In this document: positions 34,028 to 45,200 of the stretch, one piece after another
How the letters are laid out: each line of letters begins with the position of its first letter
Position numbering within the stretch: position 1 is the first letter of the stretch
DNA from: a virus
IMG/VR virus record: IMGVR_UViG_3300027653_000012
Span: 502-64,501 of that record
Length of the DNA stretch: 64,000 nucleotides
Direction: 5' to 3' (one strand)
Notes under the pieces: model-generated
Database searches by the model: none
What the model saw: only the letters and a program-made list of their open reading frames with translations
What the model was told of the DNA's origin: nothing
Translations under genes and position numbers: made by a program

Positions 34028-36364
34028 TCACTCGGTCTCGGCCGGACGGATTACGACGTTTTCGATGCTCCAGGAGTGGCCGGGGTCGGCCGCGAGCACG
34101 TAGATCGATTCGGTTTTCATGCCGCGCAAAGTTTCGTCGAAGGTCGTCTCGAGATCGTAGTGGTTGATCTCGGCGATCTCGCCCATATCGGAAGGTTCGG
34201 AGGCGTCGCGCACAAGATAGGCCAAGCCTCCGGGGCTTGTGACTATTCGTTCCTGCACGGTTTCGCTGGTGATATCATTGTTGCTCAATCCAAGGGGACC
34301 ATCGGGATCGATGGAAAAGCCGCTAGGCTCCCATTCCGCGACTGGCGTGACGGGATCATTTATGTCGTAGAGCCGGGTGAAGTTTGCGAGCACGTTCGGA
34401 TTGACATCCTGCGCGCCGTAGATTGCCCGGTCTCGCTCGCCAGCGATGGTCATGCCCGGGGGATATGAAACAAGAACTTCGGTGCGCCGATGTAAGTGAC
34501 CGAACATCCAGCCGCAGGCGGGGGAGCCGCCCGTCCCGGAAGGACTGTACGTCTGCTCGTATATCATCCGACGTTTGCGGAAAAACTTCCGGGGCGAAAT
34601 CGCGGGAATCGGATTGGCCCCGCCCCTCTGCGAAAAGTCCTCGTAACCCCAATGCCCCTGGGGCCCGGTGGCCTGGCGGACCTTCACCGCGATTCCCGCC
34701 CGCTCGATCTTTCCGATTCGCCCGACCTCCACTCCGAATGGCCGGGGGGAATCGCTTGCCGCGCCTTCGAGTTCTCCTTTTGCGCCGTCGGTCAAGCCGA
34801 CACCAGTAACATCCGCGCCGAGGACGGAGTTCACGAGTGATGCGACCTGGGACGGAGCGTTGTATCCGCCGCGGATCGTGCCGCCGTCTTTGTTTCTGAC
34901 GACGAGATTCCGGATTTCGCGGAAGTGCCCGTCTTCGGTTGTGTCCACCCAGAGCAACTGAGGCGGCGTCTCCCAGACCTGGCCGGATCTGTGGGCAATG
35001 GCCTCTTTTTGCGTATCGACAGCAGTCTGACCAGGCGCGGTGTAGCGTTCCGTCCACGTGACCGTGTAGGGGCCGTTAGACCCTGGCACAAAGACCTTCC
35101 ACATGGTCCGCCGCCCGAAATTGACTCGTAACGGCCCGTCGTTTGCACGGAAATAAAGGCGGATATTACTCAACGGACCAGCTTGCCACCCGATCTTGGC
35201 CCAGCTGGGATCGCCGGGGGCGAGGGAGCCGTGGACATCTTCGGGGTGTTCCATTTCCTCCTCGAGCTGTATTCGTCTCGTGGTAATTAATTCGCCGTCA
35301 TCGGGTGCGAGGTCCGGGAAGCCCGAAAAATAGCTGCTGATCGCTTGTGGCTTCATTTTCCGTTTTACGAGATCGAAACTGATCCGCAGCGGTATCTGGT
35401 CGTCCAAGGAGTTCAGTCCGAGACTAAACTTTGCGATTTCCATATAAGTGACAGTGCGCACGCTGGCGGCGGGATGCGCATTTACGCACTGAGCAAAGTG
35501 GAGCGGAGAAATGGAATACCCGCCGGCAGTGCCTAGATCCAGGATCGTTTCAGCATTTGCGAAAATCCCAGGTGCCGCTGCATCAAAATCGTCCCACTCC
35601 CAAACCGCATCGGTGTCGAGTGTCGCCACTGCGGAGCCGCTTCCATGGTTCGGGTTCGTGTATTCAAGAGTATGAGTCTCCAAAGTAAACGAATGCGTAA
35701 ACAGACCCGTTATTCCGCTTTCAGACAGTTTTACGATAGGTCTCTCGTCTACCACGGATCCCGATCCGTCCTTCAGCACGCTCTTTCCATAGGATATCCA
35801 TTGCCAGTCACCATATTCATCCAGCGCGGCCTCGGCCGTGCCGGAGAATTCCATGGTGTGCTGTGTGGCGGTGTTGGTGAGCGCGCCGGAAAAAGTTTGG
35901 CGGTAGAATAATCTGCCGGGGCAGGATGGTGCCAGGTCGCTCCGGTAATCGTGATGCCGGTCATATTCGGGGAACAGACCGGGTTCGGATACACTAACTC
36001 GATCTCCCGTGGTCGCCGACCGCCAGGAGATCCGCTTGCTCACTCCCCTTACGAAAAATGGGATTTGGTTATAGATCCGGCTGCCGTCAGCTTTGGTCGG
36101 GTAGATGATTGCTCCGCGGACGTTGTTCCTCCACAGGGTGCCGACCGAGTACCCCCCGGGCAAGGGAGTCGGCCATTTGTGGATGAGGTGGAAGCGTCCC
36201 GCGTGATGCGCGGCCGGATCTCTGACAGCGGGAAAGTGCGGATGCTGGGCGGCGGGGTCGGCGCTGGTCCGGTTCGGCCGAGAGCGAGGGGCGAAATTGG
36301 GTGTTAGGAAACTGCCCGAAACATTTTCCCCGGCGACGAATGGCAGAATTCTAAGACGGCTCAT
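34028..36364 (-). CDS. Probable tail/virion structural protein
   Basis: 778-aa ORF overlapping its neighbour in the late operon. Confidence 0.65.
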   Translation of the reverse strand: MSRLRILPFVAGENVSGSFLTPNFAPRSRPNRTSADPAAQHPHFPAVRDPAAHHAGRFHLIHKWPTPLPGGYSVGTLWRNNVRGAIIYPTKADGSRIYNQIPFFVRGVSKRISWRSATTGDRVSVSEPGLFPEYDRHHDYRSDLAPSCPGRLFYRQTFSGALTNTATQHTMEFSGTAEAALDEYGDWQWISYGKSVLKDGSGSVVDERPIVKLSESGITGLFTHSFTLETHTLEYTNPNHGSGSAVATLDTDAVWEWDDFDAAAPGIFANAETILDLGTAGGYSISPLHFAQCVNAHPAASVRTVTYMEIAKFSLGLNSLDDQIPLRISFDLVKRKMKPQAISSYFSGFPDLAPDDGELITTRRIQLEEEMEHPEDVHGSLAPGDPSWAKIGWQAGPLSNIRLYFRANDGPLRVNFGRRTMWKVFVPGSNGPYTVTWTERYTAPGQTAVDTQKEAIAHRSGQVWETPPQLLWVDTTEDGHFREIRNLVVRNKDGGTIRGGYNAPSQVASLVNSVLGADVTGVGLTDGAKGELEGAASDSPRPFGVEVGRIGKIERAGIAVKVRQATGPQGHWGYEDFSQRGGANPIPAISPRKFFRKRRMIYEQTYSPSGTGGSPACGWMFGHLHRRTEVLVSYPPGMTIAGERDRAIYGAQDVNPNVLANFTRLYDINDPVTPVAEWEPSGFSIDPDGPLGLSNNDITSETVQERIVTSPGGLAYLVRDASEPSDMGEIAEINHYDLETTFDETLRGMKTESIYVLAADPGHSWSIENVVIRPAETE

Positions 36365-37014
36365 GAACGATACCAGGCAATGTTTTTGGCCATGACCATG
36401 CCGCCGGTTGAACCAGCCGGATCACCAGCCAGCGGCCCCCGATAAAAGATGTCCTGTATATAGACGTAGGCCCCTAGGGATCCCGTTCCGGAGTTGCGAA
36501 TGCCCGAAATTGAGAATTTTCCGTCGATTTCGGTCACAATGACCTGAGCGAGCAGGTAGATTCCGTGTACCGGCGGATTTCCGGTGACGGGATCGGGTGG
36601 ATCCTGCACGGGCTTGGCGGCCGACACCTTGATTTCCGCACTGACGATTTCGAGCGGAGTCACGCTGTTGACGATCGTCTGATCGATCACGCCTTCCACG
36701 TAAACCCAATACGTCCCCGGGCCGCCCGCGAGAATCACCGGATCGTCGATGTTATCTGGAATCTTGTCGCCGACGAGCCCCCACCAGACCCAGACGTGGT
36801 GAGGCACTGTCGCTCCCGGATCGTTATCCCAGGGGGCGGTGGTTCCCGGCGGGCGGCGGGTGCTTACTTGGAGGGGGCCGGGGATTGTTGCCGAGCCTCC
36901 CCCGCCGCCCTGCGGCAGCTTGATCGCGAAATCGTTGCGCGACCCCGTCAGCGGATTCTCATAGACCGGGCCAAAATCTCCCACCGGGTATTCGCGGTGC
37001 TTCCCGAGACTCAC
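36361..37014 (-). CDS. Probable virion protein
   Basis: GTG start overlapping the upstream stop codon (VSLGKHREYP...). Confidence 0.65.
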   Translation of the reverse strand: MSLGKHREYPVGDFGPVYENPLTGSRNDFAIKLPQGGGGGSATIPGPLQVSTRRPPGTTAPWDNDPGATVPHHVWVWWGLVGDKIPDNIDDPVILAGGPGTYWVYVEGVIDQTIVNSVTPLEIVSAEIKVSAAKPVQDPPDPVTGNPPVHGIYLLAQVIVTEIDGKFSISGIRNSGTGSLGAYVYIQDIFYRGPLAGDPAGSTGGMVMAKNIAWYRS

Positions 37015-40000
37015 AGCACGCCCTCCACCACCGTCTGCTTGTAGATCGTCACCCCGCCGGAGCGGAAGTAGGGCTCCGCATTCGCGGAAAAGATCAGCGT
37101 TTCCCCGTCCTGATCGGACTGGCCGACAATATCGACCTTGTGGTAGCTCGTCGAACGCCCGCGGTAGGTTCCGCCGCTCGGAGCGACGAATCCCGTCCCG
37201 GCGTAGTAGCTGTGCAGCGTCGTTTCGTCGTAAAGATACTCGGGGCTTTTCCCGTCGTCGAAATCCGCCTGCTCGTAAACGACCGCTCCCGGCGAGATCG
37301 GCGTGATGCTCGGCAGCGAAGGGCTTGCCGTGAACGTCACCGTCGCCGTCGCCGAAACCGACACATGCTGCGCCAGCCGCGCGATGACGATTCCCGAGCT
37401 GTCCGCGTTCACGAGTCCCGGTTTCGTCACTTCCAGTTGCACGGGCATCGTGTAGTCGGTCGGCGGCAGGTAATAGGTATCCGTGTAAATCAGGTAGCCG
37501 TCGCCCGGTTCCACGTCGGAGTTGATGAGATAGCTTCCCGTCGGCGGGCTTCCGGACGCCTGCTCGTTGAGCGAAGTCACCCGGTAAATCTGCGACCCAT
37601 CGGCCCGTGGCTCGGTCTTGTCGTCGATCAGGCCGCTTCCCGATTTCCACGTCTTTTCGTGGATCGTGTAACCGTCGGCCTCGCGCGTCTCGTCGCGCAC
37701 GAGCACCACGTAATCGCCGGTCGGTGCGGTCGGCTCCTCGTTGATGCCCCGGCGCGTCGTGGTCGTCAGCTTGTCGCCAAGGCTCGTCGTGACGCTTTCG
37801 GCGAACGTGCCGCTTCCGCTGATGTAGGTCTCCTCGAAAAGGGTATAGCCGTCCGCCTCGCGGGAGGAACTCGAAACCTTGAAGCCATCCGGCTTGTCAT
37901 CGTCGTCCGTATTCAAGAATCGAATCGTCGTGGCGATGAGGCCGGTTCCTCCGGCGGCTCCGGAAAACCGGTGCGAAGTTTCTTCGGAAACGCGCCCGGC
38001 CCCGCTCGCGTAAGTTTCCTCGATCAGGTCATAGCCGTCCTGTCGAGTTACACTGCTGGAGACCAGGATTCCGTCCGGCTTCGTTTCGTCATCAGTGTTC
38101 AGAAAACGAATAGCGGTAAGCGTCAGCTTTTCGTTGAATCGATCGGATGGGCTCGTCGAAATCCTGCCCGCTCCGCTGGCGTAAGTCTCTTCGATGACCG
38201 TGTAGCCGTCCGCCTGCGTCACGCTGCTCGCGATTTTCGCACCAGCAGGCTTCGCCTCGTCGTCGGCGTTGAGGAATCGAATCGTCGTGACGGTCAATTT
38301 TGTCCCGTAGCGGCTCGAAGGACTTGTTGAGATGCGTCCCTCGCCGTCAGCATACGTCTCTTCGTAAATCGTGTAGCCGTCACTTTCCGTTGAGCTGGAG
38401 CCGATCAGAACCCCGTCGGGTGTGTCGCCATCGTCGGCTTCAAGGAACCGGATTTTCGTGATCGTCAGTTTCTTGTTGTAGCGGTCGCTGGTGTCCGTCG
38501 AAATCCGTCCTTCACCGTCGGCATACGTCTCCTCGAAGATCGTGTAGCCGTCCGCCTGCGTCACGCTGCTCGCGATCTTCACGCCGACCGGTTTCGCCGC
38601 GTCGTCGGAGTTCAGGAATCGAATCGTCGTGACGGTCAATTTTGTCCCGTAGCGGCTCGAAGGACTTGTCGAAATGCGCCCCTCGCCGTCAGCATAGGTT
38701 TCTTCGATGACGGTGTAGCCGTCCTGTGACGTGCTCGAAGTAGCGATCAGAACCCCATCCGGCTTGGTCCCATCGTCGGTGTCCAGAAAACGAACTGTTG
38801 TCAGCCTCAGCTTCGTTCCGTGACGGAAACTCTCGCTCGTTGAAATCCTTCCCTCGCCCGCAGCATACGTTTCCTCGATCAGCACGTAACCCGCATCCTG
38901 CGAGGTGGAGCTGGAAATCAGAACGCCATCCGGTTTCGTGGTATCATCAGCGTTCAGGAACCGGATCGTGGTGAGCGTTAGCTTGCTGTTCTGCCTCGAC
39001 GTTGTGCTAACGGAAATCCTCCCCGATCCGCTCGCGAATACCGAGGTGTAGATTGTGTAACCGTCGCCTTCCTGAACTTGCGTCGATACCAAAGCTGCAC
39101 CGGCAGGGGCCGCTGGCGGAACATTGATCGAACGAATCGTGGTCAGTGTGAGCTTCGTTCCGAACCGCGTGGAGGTCTCCGTCGAAAAGACGCCCGACCC
39201 GGAGGCAAAGGTTGACGTGTAGATCGTGTAGCCGTCGCCCGTCTGGGTTTGCGTGGATACCAGCACGGAGCCCGCCGGGCCGACCGGTTCCGTGTTGATT
39301 GCGCGAATGGTCGTCAGCGTCAGCGCTCCGTTGTAGCGGGTCTGCGTCTGCGTGCTGATCGTGCCGCTCGAACTGGCCAGCACGTAGCTTTCGGTGAAGA
39401 TCGTGAAACCCTCGTGCTGCTCGCTCTCCGTCGAGATGAGAACGCCATCCGGCGCATCTCCGTCGTCGGAATTGACGAACCGGATCGTGAACACATCGAC
39501 CAGGCCAGCCTCCCGCGAAGTCGTCTTCTCGTAAAACCGGCCGCTTCCGGAAACCCCTTTTGAGGTAAAAAGCGTGTAACCATCCCGCACGTTCGCGGAA
39601 AACTCGATCTCTCCCGGCGCGTGAACGGGAGTGTTCAGCGAAAGGATCGTGCGAACCGTCAGCTTGCCGCCGTAGCGCGTCTGGCTGTTGTCCTCGATGA
39701 CTCCTGTGCCGACGGCCCCGCGAATCGTCCAGATTCGATAGCCGCTTTCCTCCCGATACTCACGCGCGAATTCCCCCGGCAAAGGAGAAGGGCCGGTTGC
39801 GTCATCAGGTTTACTCAGGTGGCGTTCGATCGTGATCGTCAGCGCACCTCCCAGCTTCTCGTCGATGTCGCGGGAAACCATCCCTTCCCCTTTCGCAAAC
39901 CGGTAGGTCCGGATCGGATAGCCGTTCGGGTTTGTCGTGGACACCGAGACTTCCACAAAATCTTTTGGCTCATCAACCTCGACGGCAAACGCCTGCACCG

Positions 40001-40820
40001 TCCGGATCGTCAGAGCACCGTTGCTGCTCTCCTCCTCACTCTCCGAAAGAATCCCCGGCTCGACATACTCCTTTGTGATCGTCCGGACGACCTCTGTGCT
40101 CTCGCTTCTCTGGGTAAAAAGAAGAGCGCCTGTGCCATCTAGCACATCTACACCGATTTCCCCAAGCTCTTCCTCTGCGCTTGCAAGCTGGATAAACTGC
40201 TGACTGTGTCGGAGTATCCCATCAGGACCACGAAAATGACCCGTCTTCCCAATTTGTTGAGGTGTCTCTGTCACCTCCAACCATTCGCGGGTAACTGTGG
40301 TGAGCACAAAACCTTCTGAAGAAGACTCTTCTTCGCTTAATACGAAGGTATTATCGTCCTTACTAAAGGTCGTTACCCCCACCTCTCCCGCCAGAGACTT
40401 TTCTTCATCCTCCCAGGCCGATGTCAGTACAATATAGCTAGCAGAGGCATAGCGGCGACCGTTCTCATCAGACCGATAAGTCGGTGTAGTTAGAAGTCGA
40501 AGGGTTTCATCCGCTTCTTCATACACCTTTGTCAGCGTATAAAGATTTGGGGCTACGCCGCGCCCTTGCGAGCGCACATACTGCTCTGTCAGATATGCGT
40601 TGCAAAAGACCTTCTCTGAATTCGGCGTGAACGCATGTCGACTGTTATCCACCCCGTCGGGTGTTCCGTGCTGCTGAAACAGTAACGCCTCCAGCTCAGA
40701 CGGGTTCGTCTTGTCCGCCGTAATCTCCCACTGCCGGCTGATCCGCGTACGGCCATCCGGTGTGCGGTCCAGATAGTGGCCGAGATATTTACTGTCGAGG
40801 ATTTGGTTGGCAATAGACAT
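37011..40820 (-). CDS. Virion protein with tandem repeats of about 50 aa
   Basis: Repeated G.GRIST..S.R...KLT.TTIRFL..DD..KP.G......DGYT..EETYA. Confidence 0.8.
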   Translation of the reverse strand: MSIANQILDSKYLGHYLDRTPDGRTRISRQWEITADKTNPSELEALLFQQHGTPDGVDNSRHAFTPNSEKVFCNAYLTEQYVRSQGRGVAPNLYTLTKVYEEADETLRLLTTPTYRSDENGRRYASASYIVLTSAWEDEEKSLAGEVGVTTFSKDDNTFVLSEEESSSEGFVLTTVTREWLEVTETPQQIGKTGHFRGPDGILRHSQQFIQLASAEEELGEIGVDVLDGTGALLFTQRSESTEVVRTITKEYVEPGILSESEEESSNGALTIRTVQAFAVEVDEPKDFVEVSVSTTNPNGYPIRTYRFAKGEGMVSRDIDEKLGGALTITIERHLSKPDDATGPSPLPGEFAREYREESGYRIWTIRGAVGTGVIEDNSQTRYGGKLTVRTILSLNTPVHAPGEIEFSANVRDGYTLFTSKGVSGSGRFYEKTTSREAGLVDVFTIRFVNSDDGDAPDGVLISTESEQHEGFTIFTESYVLASSSGTISTQTQTRYNGALTLTTIRAINTEPVGPAGSVLVSTQTQTGDGYTIYTSTFASGSGVFSTETSTRFGTKLTLTTIRSINVPPAAPAGAALVSTQVQEGDGYTIYTSVFASGSGRISVSTTSRQNSKLTLTTIRFLNADDTTKPDGVLISSSTSQDAGYVLIEETYAAGEGRISTSESFRHGTKLRLTTVRFLDTDDGTKPDGVLIATSSTSQDGYTVIEETYADGEGRISTSPSSRYGTKLTVTTIRFLNSDDAAKPVGVKIASSVTQADGYTIFEETYADGEGRISTDTSDRYNKKLTITKIRFLEADDGDTPDGVLIGSSSTESDGYTIYEETYADGEGRISTSPSSRYGTKLTVTTIRFLNADDEAKPAGAKIASSVTQADGYTVIEETYASGAGRISTSPSDRFNEKLTLTAIRFLNTDDETKPDGILVSSSVTRQDGYDLIEETYASGAGRVSEETSHRFSGAAGGTGLIATTIRFLNTDDDDKPDGFKVSSSSREADGYTLFEETYISGSGTFAESVTTSLGDKLTTTTRRGINEEPTAPTGDYVVLVRDETREADGYTIHEKTWKSGSGLIDDKTEPRADGSQIYRVTSLNEQASGSPPTGSYLINSDVEPGDGYLIYTDTYYLPPTDYTMPVQLEVTKPGLVNADSSGIVIARLAQHVSVSATATVTFTASPSLPSITPISPGAVVYEQADFDDGKSPEYLYDETTLHSYYAGTGFVAPSGGTYRGRSTSYHKVDIVGQSDQDGETLIFSANAEPYFRSGGVTIYKQTVVEGVL

Positions 40821-40835
40821 AAACGAAAACCCGAG

Positions 40836-41033
40836 TTACTTTTTGCTTAGCTTCCCCCTCACCCACCTATACGCTTTATACGCGCCCGCTGCCCCCTTTG
40901 GCAGCAATGCAAAGAACGTTAAGATCGCGATTGCCGCCGCTAAGATTGGCTCCCCTGCGTAGGTTGCCAAAAAAGTTCCGATTGTCCCGATAACTCCTGT
41001 TACTCGATCCGTCATAAATTCATTTACCTTCAT
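40836..41033 (-). CDS. Holin-like small membrane protein
   Basis: Two hydrophobic segments and a basic C-terminus. Confidence 0.55.
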   Translation of the reverse strand: MKVNEFMTDRVTGVIGTIGTFLATYAGEPILAAAIAILTFFALLPKGAAGAYKAYRWVRGKLSKK

Positions 41034-41502
41034 TTTTTTGCCTCTCTTTATATCGGCTCCATAAATACGCACCGCCTGCCACCGCTGCCGCAAAGATACC
41101 CAGCCCGTAGGCCCATGCGTAGCGGTCGATCGTTGCGCCGATGGCGATCAGCCCGAGACCGGTTGCCGCGCCGATTGATGCCAGCCGCCAATGTTGCCCA
41201 AATGCGGCAAGCAGAGCAGCCAGAGTCAGAGCTGCGATGCCTGCGTAAGTGAGATCGCGACGGCTGTTGATTGCTCCGATGTCCATTTTTTGCGGCTCGT
41301 GTGAGGAGCCGATTGTGACCGTCCGTCCGTCGCTGACTGTTACCGTCGTCGGTTCCTTCGGGTTTTCGTTTTGTTGGACGGTCACCGTTTCCGAGGATTC
41401 TTTTTTCCCGCTCTCGTAATAGGTTTCTCGGACCCATTCGACCCGGCCTGAACCAGCCTGACAGCCGACGAGCAAGAGCAGGAGTATGGCCGCCGCTCTC
41501 AT
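41020..41502 (-). CDS. Lipoprotein with C-terminal transmembrane helices (spanin-like?)
   Basis: MRAAAILLLLLVGC lipobox; three hydrophobic helices at the C-terminus. Confidence 0.6.
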   Translation of the reverse strand: MRAAAILLLLLVGCQAGSGRVEWVRETYYESGKKESSETVTVQQNENPKEPTTVTVSDGRTVTIGSSHEPQKMDIGAINSRRDLTYAGIAALTLAALLAAFGQHWRLASIGAATGLGLIAIGATIDRYAWAYGLGIFAAAVAGGAYLWSRYKERQKNEGK

Positions 41503-42266
41503 GCCGACACCTCCGTGATGGTGATATTGATATCTCCGCCGCTGCCGTGTGGTGTCCATCCTGTTATGCCGACGGGATCGGCTTGTGAATTTGATGCTTG
41601 GTAGCCGTTGGAATAACACCCTGCGACCTCCATGTAATAATATTGCGAGACCGGAGCCGCTGGAAGGTCATCGACGATCGCCCAGACCTCATATGGGATC
41701 GCATTAGAGCCGGGATTCGCGCAATCAAAGCTCAGCTCGTCGGTGTAGATGATGCCGTAATTTGTATTGCCCCGACGGTAGTAAGGCCTGCCATTGTAAG
41801 CTCCTTCTTCCGTGTAGATACCGTTAAATGCCATGTTTTGCGCCCGCACGATCTCGACGCGTCCCGGCGTGTTTGGGATGACCCCGACACCGAGCGCCAG
41901 CGTTCCGCCAATCGATACGCTTGTAATGACCGGCGGGAAGGCTGACCAGTCGCTTGTCAGGACGTAGTAATAATCGGCAAGAGTCTGATAGCTCCACAGT
42001 CCGGTGACTGGTGACGGCACATGCGCGGCGAGTATCCATTGCGTCGTGTTGAAATCTGCATAGAGCCGATGGCCTGCGCTTGTCGTATGCAGGTAATTGT
42101 TATCACCGTTTGGCATTGCCCACCCGCTGCCGTTGGTCGTTGGCGTTGGTGATAGGGAGTAGACGCCGTTAAAACTGTCGATATGACAACCTTGGATCAG
42201 GATATCTCCGGTCGTCACGCGCTTGATCTCGGTCGGCACGATGCCATGTAGTAGCCCGATGCTCAC
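41499..42266 (-). CDS. Tail fibre-associated protein
   Basis: GTG overlap with the fibre stop; two internal FNG.Y repeats. Confidence 0.6.
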   Translation of the reverse strand: MSIGLLHGIVPTEIKRVTTGDILIQGCHIDSFNGVYSLSPTPTTNGSGWAMPNGDNNYLHTTSAGHRLYADFNTTQWILAAHVPSPVTGLWSYQTLADYYYVLTSDWSAFPPVITSVSIGGTLALGVGVIPNTPGRVEIVRAQNMAFNGIYTEEGAYNGRPYYRRGNTNYGIIYTDELSFDCANPGSNAIPYEVWAIVDDLPAAPVSQYYYMEVAGCYSNGYQASNSQADPVGITGWTPHGSGGDINITITEVSA

Positions 42267-45200
42267 AGCTCCACGCCTCCCTCGATGTCCCATTCGTTGG
42301 CGCCGACCTTGGTCAACATTAGGGTGCGGTGACGGCCCGGTGAGTCTCCGTATCCGTATACTTGAACCGTTGAGTTTGCTGGCAAGACCTTGATCGGGCT
42401 TGAGCCTGCTTGGCGTAGTGGTATCGATGAGCCTACGGGTATCGACTCAGCGGCATCTGTCGGCACATAGATCGTAGCGCCCTCGGAAAATCTCAGGTAA
42501 TGGGTGTCTGCGTCCTCGCTCTCGATGGTGTATGAGGTCGCCGATATATCCTTGATGGTGAGAGGACCACCGCCGCCGATGCTGTCCCGGATGTCTTGCA
42601 GGTCGTCTTCGAGGTCGGTGATCTTGGACTGCGGAAGCTGCGGGATTCGCGCCTGTGCAAACTCTCCTGACGATATTTTAGACGCGGGAAGGTTCGGAAT
42701 CCTTGCCTGCGCGAAGGTTCCGCTGTTGATTTTGGAGGCAGGGAGATTGGGGATGAGCGAAGCCGTCAGGGTATCGTTCATCCAAAAACCATGCTCAGCG
42801 GCATACCGGAGAATCTGATTGTCCTGAGGGTCCCATACATAGGTGTCATGTAGATCATCCAGACTTGTCGCCCCTCCCCCACCCGCATTGTCCACAAGAT
42901 TTTTCAACACCCGCCCCTGATTGGCGGACAGGGGCTTGTCGGTGCTGGTGCTGGTGAGATTGTCAACAATATCGACAGTCTTGACGCGTTGATCGATCGC
43001 GCTACTGGCGTCAAGCAGAGCTTGCGGCAGCCCGTCGATCTCCAGCATATTGTGACTGTGGTTGGCGTCGGCTTTGCCGGACAGCAGCCCGTCAACCTCG
43101 GCGCGGCTGTAGAGGTTGGGGGCGATTACTTCGCCAGCTCGCAACTCGCCGTCAAAATAGTAACTGCCTCGGGACACAAAAATAGGCCAATTCTCGTCAA
43201 TCGCTGAGATGTCAGGGTCAACAGAATCGACGTTCTCCAAGACTATCACGGAATTCGGGTCGTGGATGTTTCCGGAAAAGAGGAAACCTGATGACATTGC
43301 TGTCCATGTTGACGGCATATTCACCTCCAGCCCGAAATAGTCCCTGCCGTCGTAAACTACATGGCGGGCGCGGAACAGCTCAGGGGAAACTCCGCCGGAC
43401 TGGACCGAAAGAGAGTAACTTAATCCTCTGTTTTCGGTTTCTCGGTCTCCGCGCACACGGTTTACCGATATATCAATAACCGGGCTCTTGCCCCGAGATT
43501 CAGCGGTGGCTGCTGTAACGCCAAGTAGCCTCCCGTTTAGATGGAACGGAGTGTCGGTATCTGTTATATCAGCGATTAAAAGGACAAAGGGAACGTTCGC
43601 ATTACCTCCCTGACGGGGTATTTCTAGCTGGTAGTAAGTTCCCTGTAGCTGGTGGTTCCACGTGATTCTCGAAAACGTCGGGCTCCCGCCTTCATCAACC
43701 TTATCGCCTAGAAGATTATCAACTTCCCCCTTGTCGTAGTAACCTGACAGGTCGATGTCCCCCGCCTCGATGTCTTCGAGACGCTGTTCCAGTCCCGCAA
43801 CTTGGGGAATGGTGATGCCGGTGAGGCTGGAGCCGTCGCCGGAAAAGGAGGGGGCTGTAAGCGGTCCCAGAACGTCCAAGGATCGGAAAGCCGTCGTCTG
43901 ATTCGGGGGAGTAGACTCAACTCCAGCAGGCGGTTCCTCCAGCGTGGCTTCGTTCCCTTCATCAAATATCGGGTGATCTACTTCACTAGATGTTCGATGC
44001 CATCTCCACTCAATAGGTATGCGATCCGCCCACGAAGCTAACTGCGCCCAAATCTCATACTCGAAAGGTAGGGAGGAGTTTAGTCTGACTAGGCGTATGT
44101 CTAAAATCGAGGGACTGTTGTAAGTGTCAAAATCGAAATAAACTCGCTGGGTAGTGGTAGGGCTTCCGTTGTTATTCACAACCCGGACATTTAAACGATG
44201 CCCCCCGCCTCTTGACGTGGATGGGACTCTACCTTGGATTCGACCTTCTAAGTTGACCCCTCCATAATTTCCGGGAAGGGTGAAAGCTGCTAATCGTAAC
44301 CACCGATTAGTGGTTCCCGAACCTTCTGTTCCGCCTCTACGAACGTAACGATAGTTGTTCGTGTGTATATCAGGTCCATAATTGTGTATCCCTCGGATTG
44401 TAAGTGACGTTTGGGTATCTCCGTCTTTCAGATACCCCGCATCCGCGTGATTGCCCCACGCGTAGGCGGTGTCCCAGTCGGCTGGGCTGTAGTCAGGTGC
44501 CGTCAGACTCCCTTCGACGTGGACGTTGTTTCGGAATGTGTAGTTATTCCCGTAAAACGTGCTGGAAGATTCCAGTAGGGGGAAAGCATACTGCCCGTAA
44601 GAAATATTGGGATGCGTCCACCCCAATTCGATCAGGTAAATCGTGCTGGTCTCCGTCAGGGAGAAGGTAAAGCGCAACGCGGTCTGCTGGTGCGATCCGA
44701 TGCTGTATGGCGAAACCCACACCCCATTGATAAACTCGGGATTGGTATCGTCCACCAGAGTTTTCCAACCATCTATAGTGTGGTTATGCTCTACCAGAAT
44801 TCGGGTAAATCGGTTAGCATTGGTCTGGTTGCGAAGTTGGACGTAAGCCCGACGCTCGGAACCACTGCCAAAGCTATTAAAACTCCCTGCAAACTCGAAG
44901 GAAATGTTTCCTGGAGCACTCGCCGCAATGCCCATACCTATTGAGCCGCCGATCTGACTGGCCCGCATCAGTCGATCCTCGTTGGAGTAGGTGATACCTT
45001 CGTCCGCCGTCACCGTGAGCGTCCCGCCTCTATTGTCCCAGTTGGTCAGCTCATTATTCAACCCGGTGATGATTGCATTAGGAGCGGTTGCCAGGGATTG
45101 TGTCCGGGCAGTAAAGACTTGATTGTGAAACCTGCGACCGTCCAGAACAGGCGAATCCCCCTCCTTCACCCCCGTCAGATCGACGACATGGCCGCTGGTA

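Noticed and set aside
37450-40060. Diversity-generating retroelement TR/VR pair
   Set aside because: Repeats are in-frame protein repeats, and no reverse transcriptase is present
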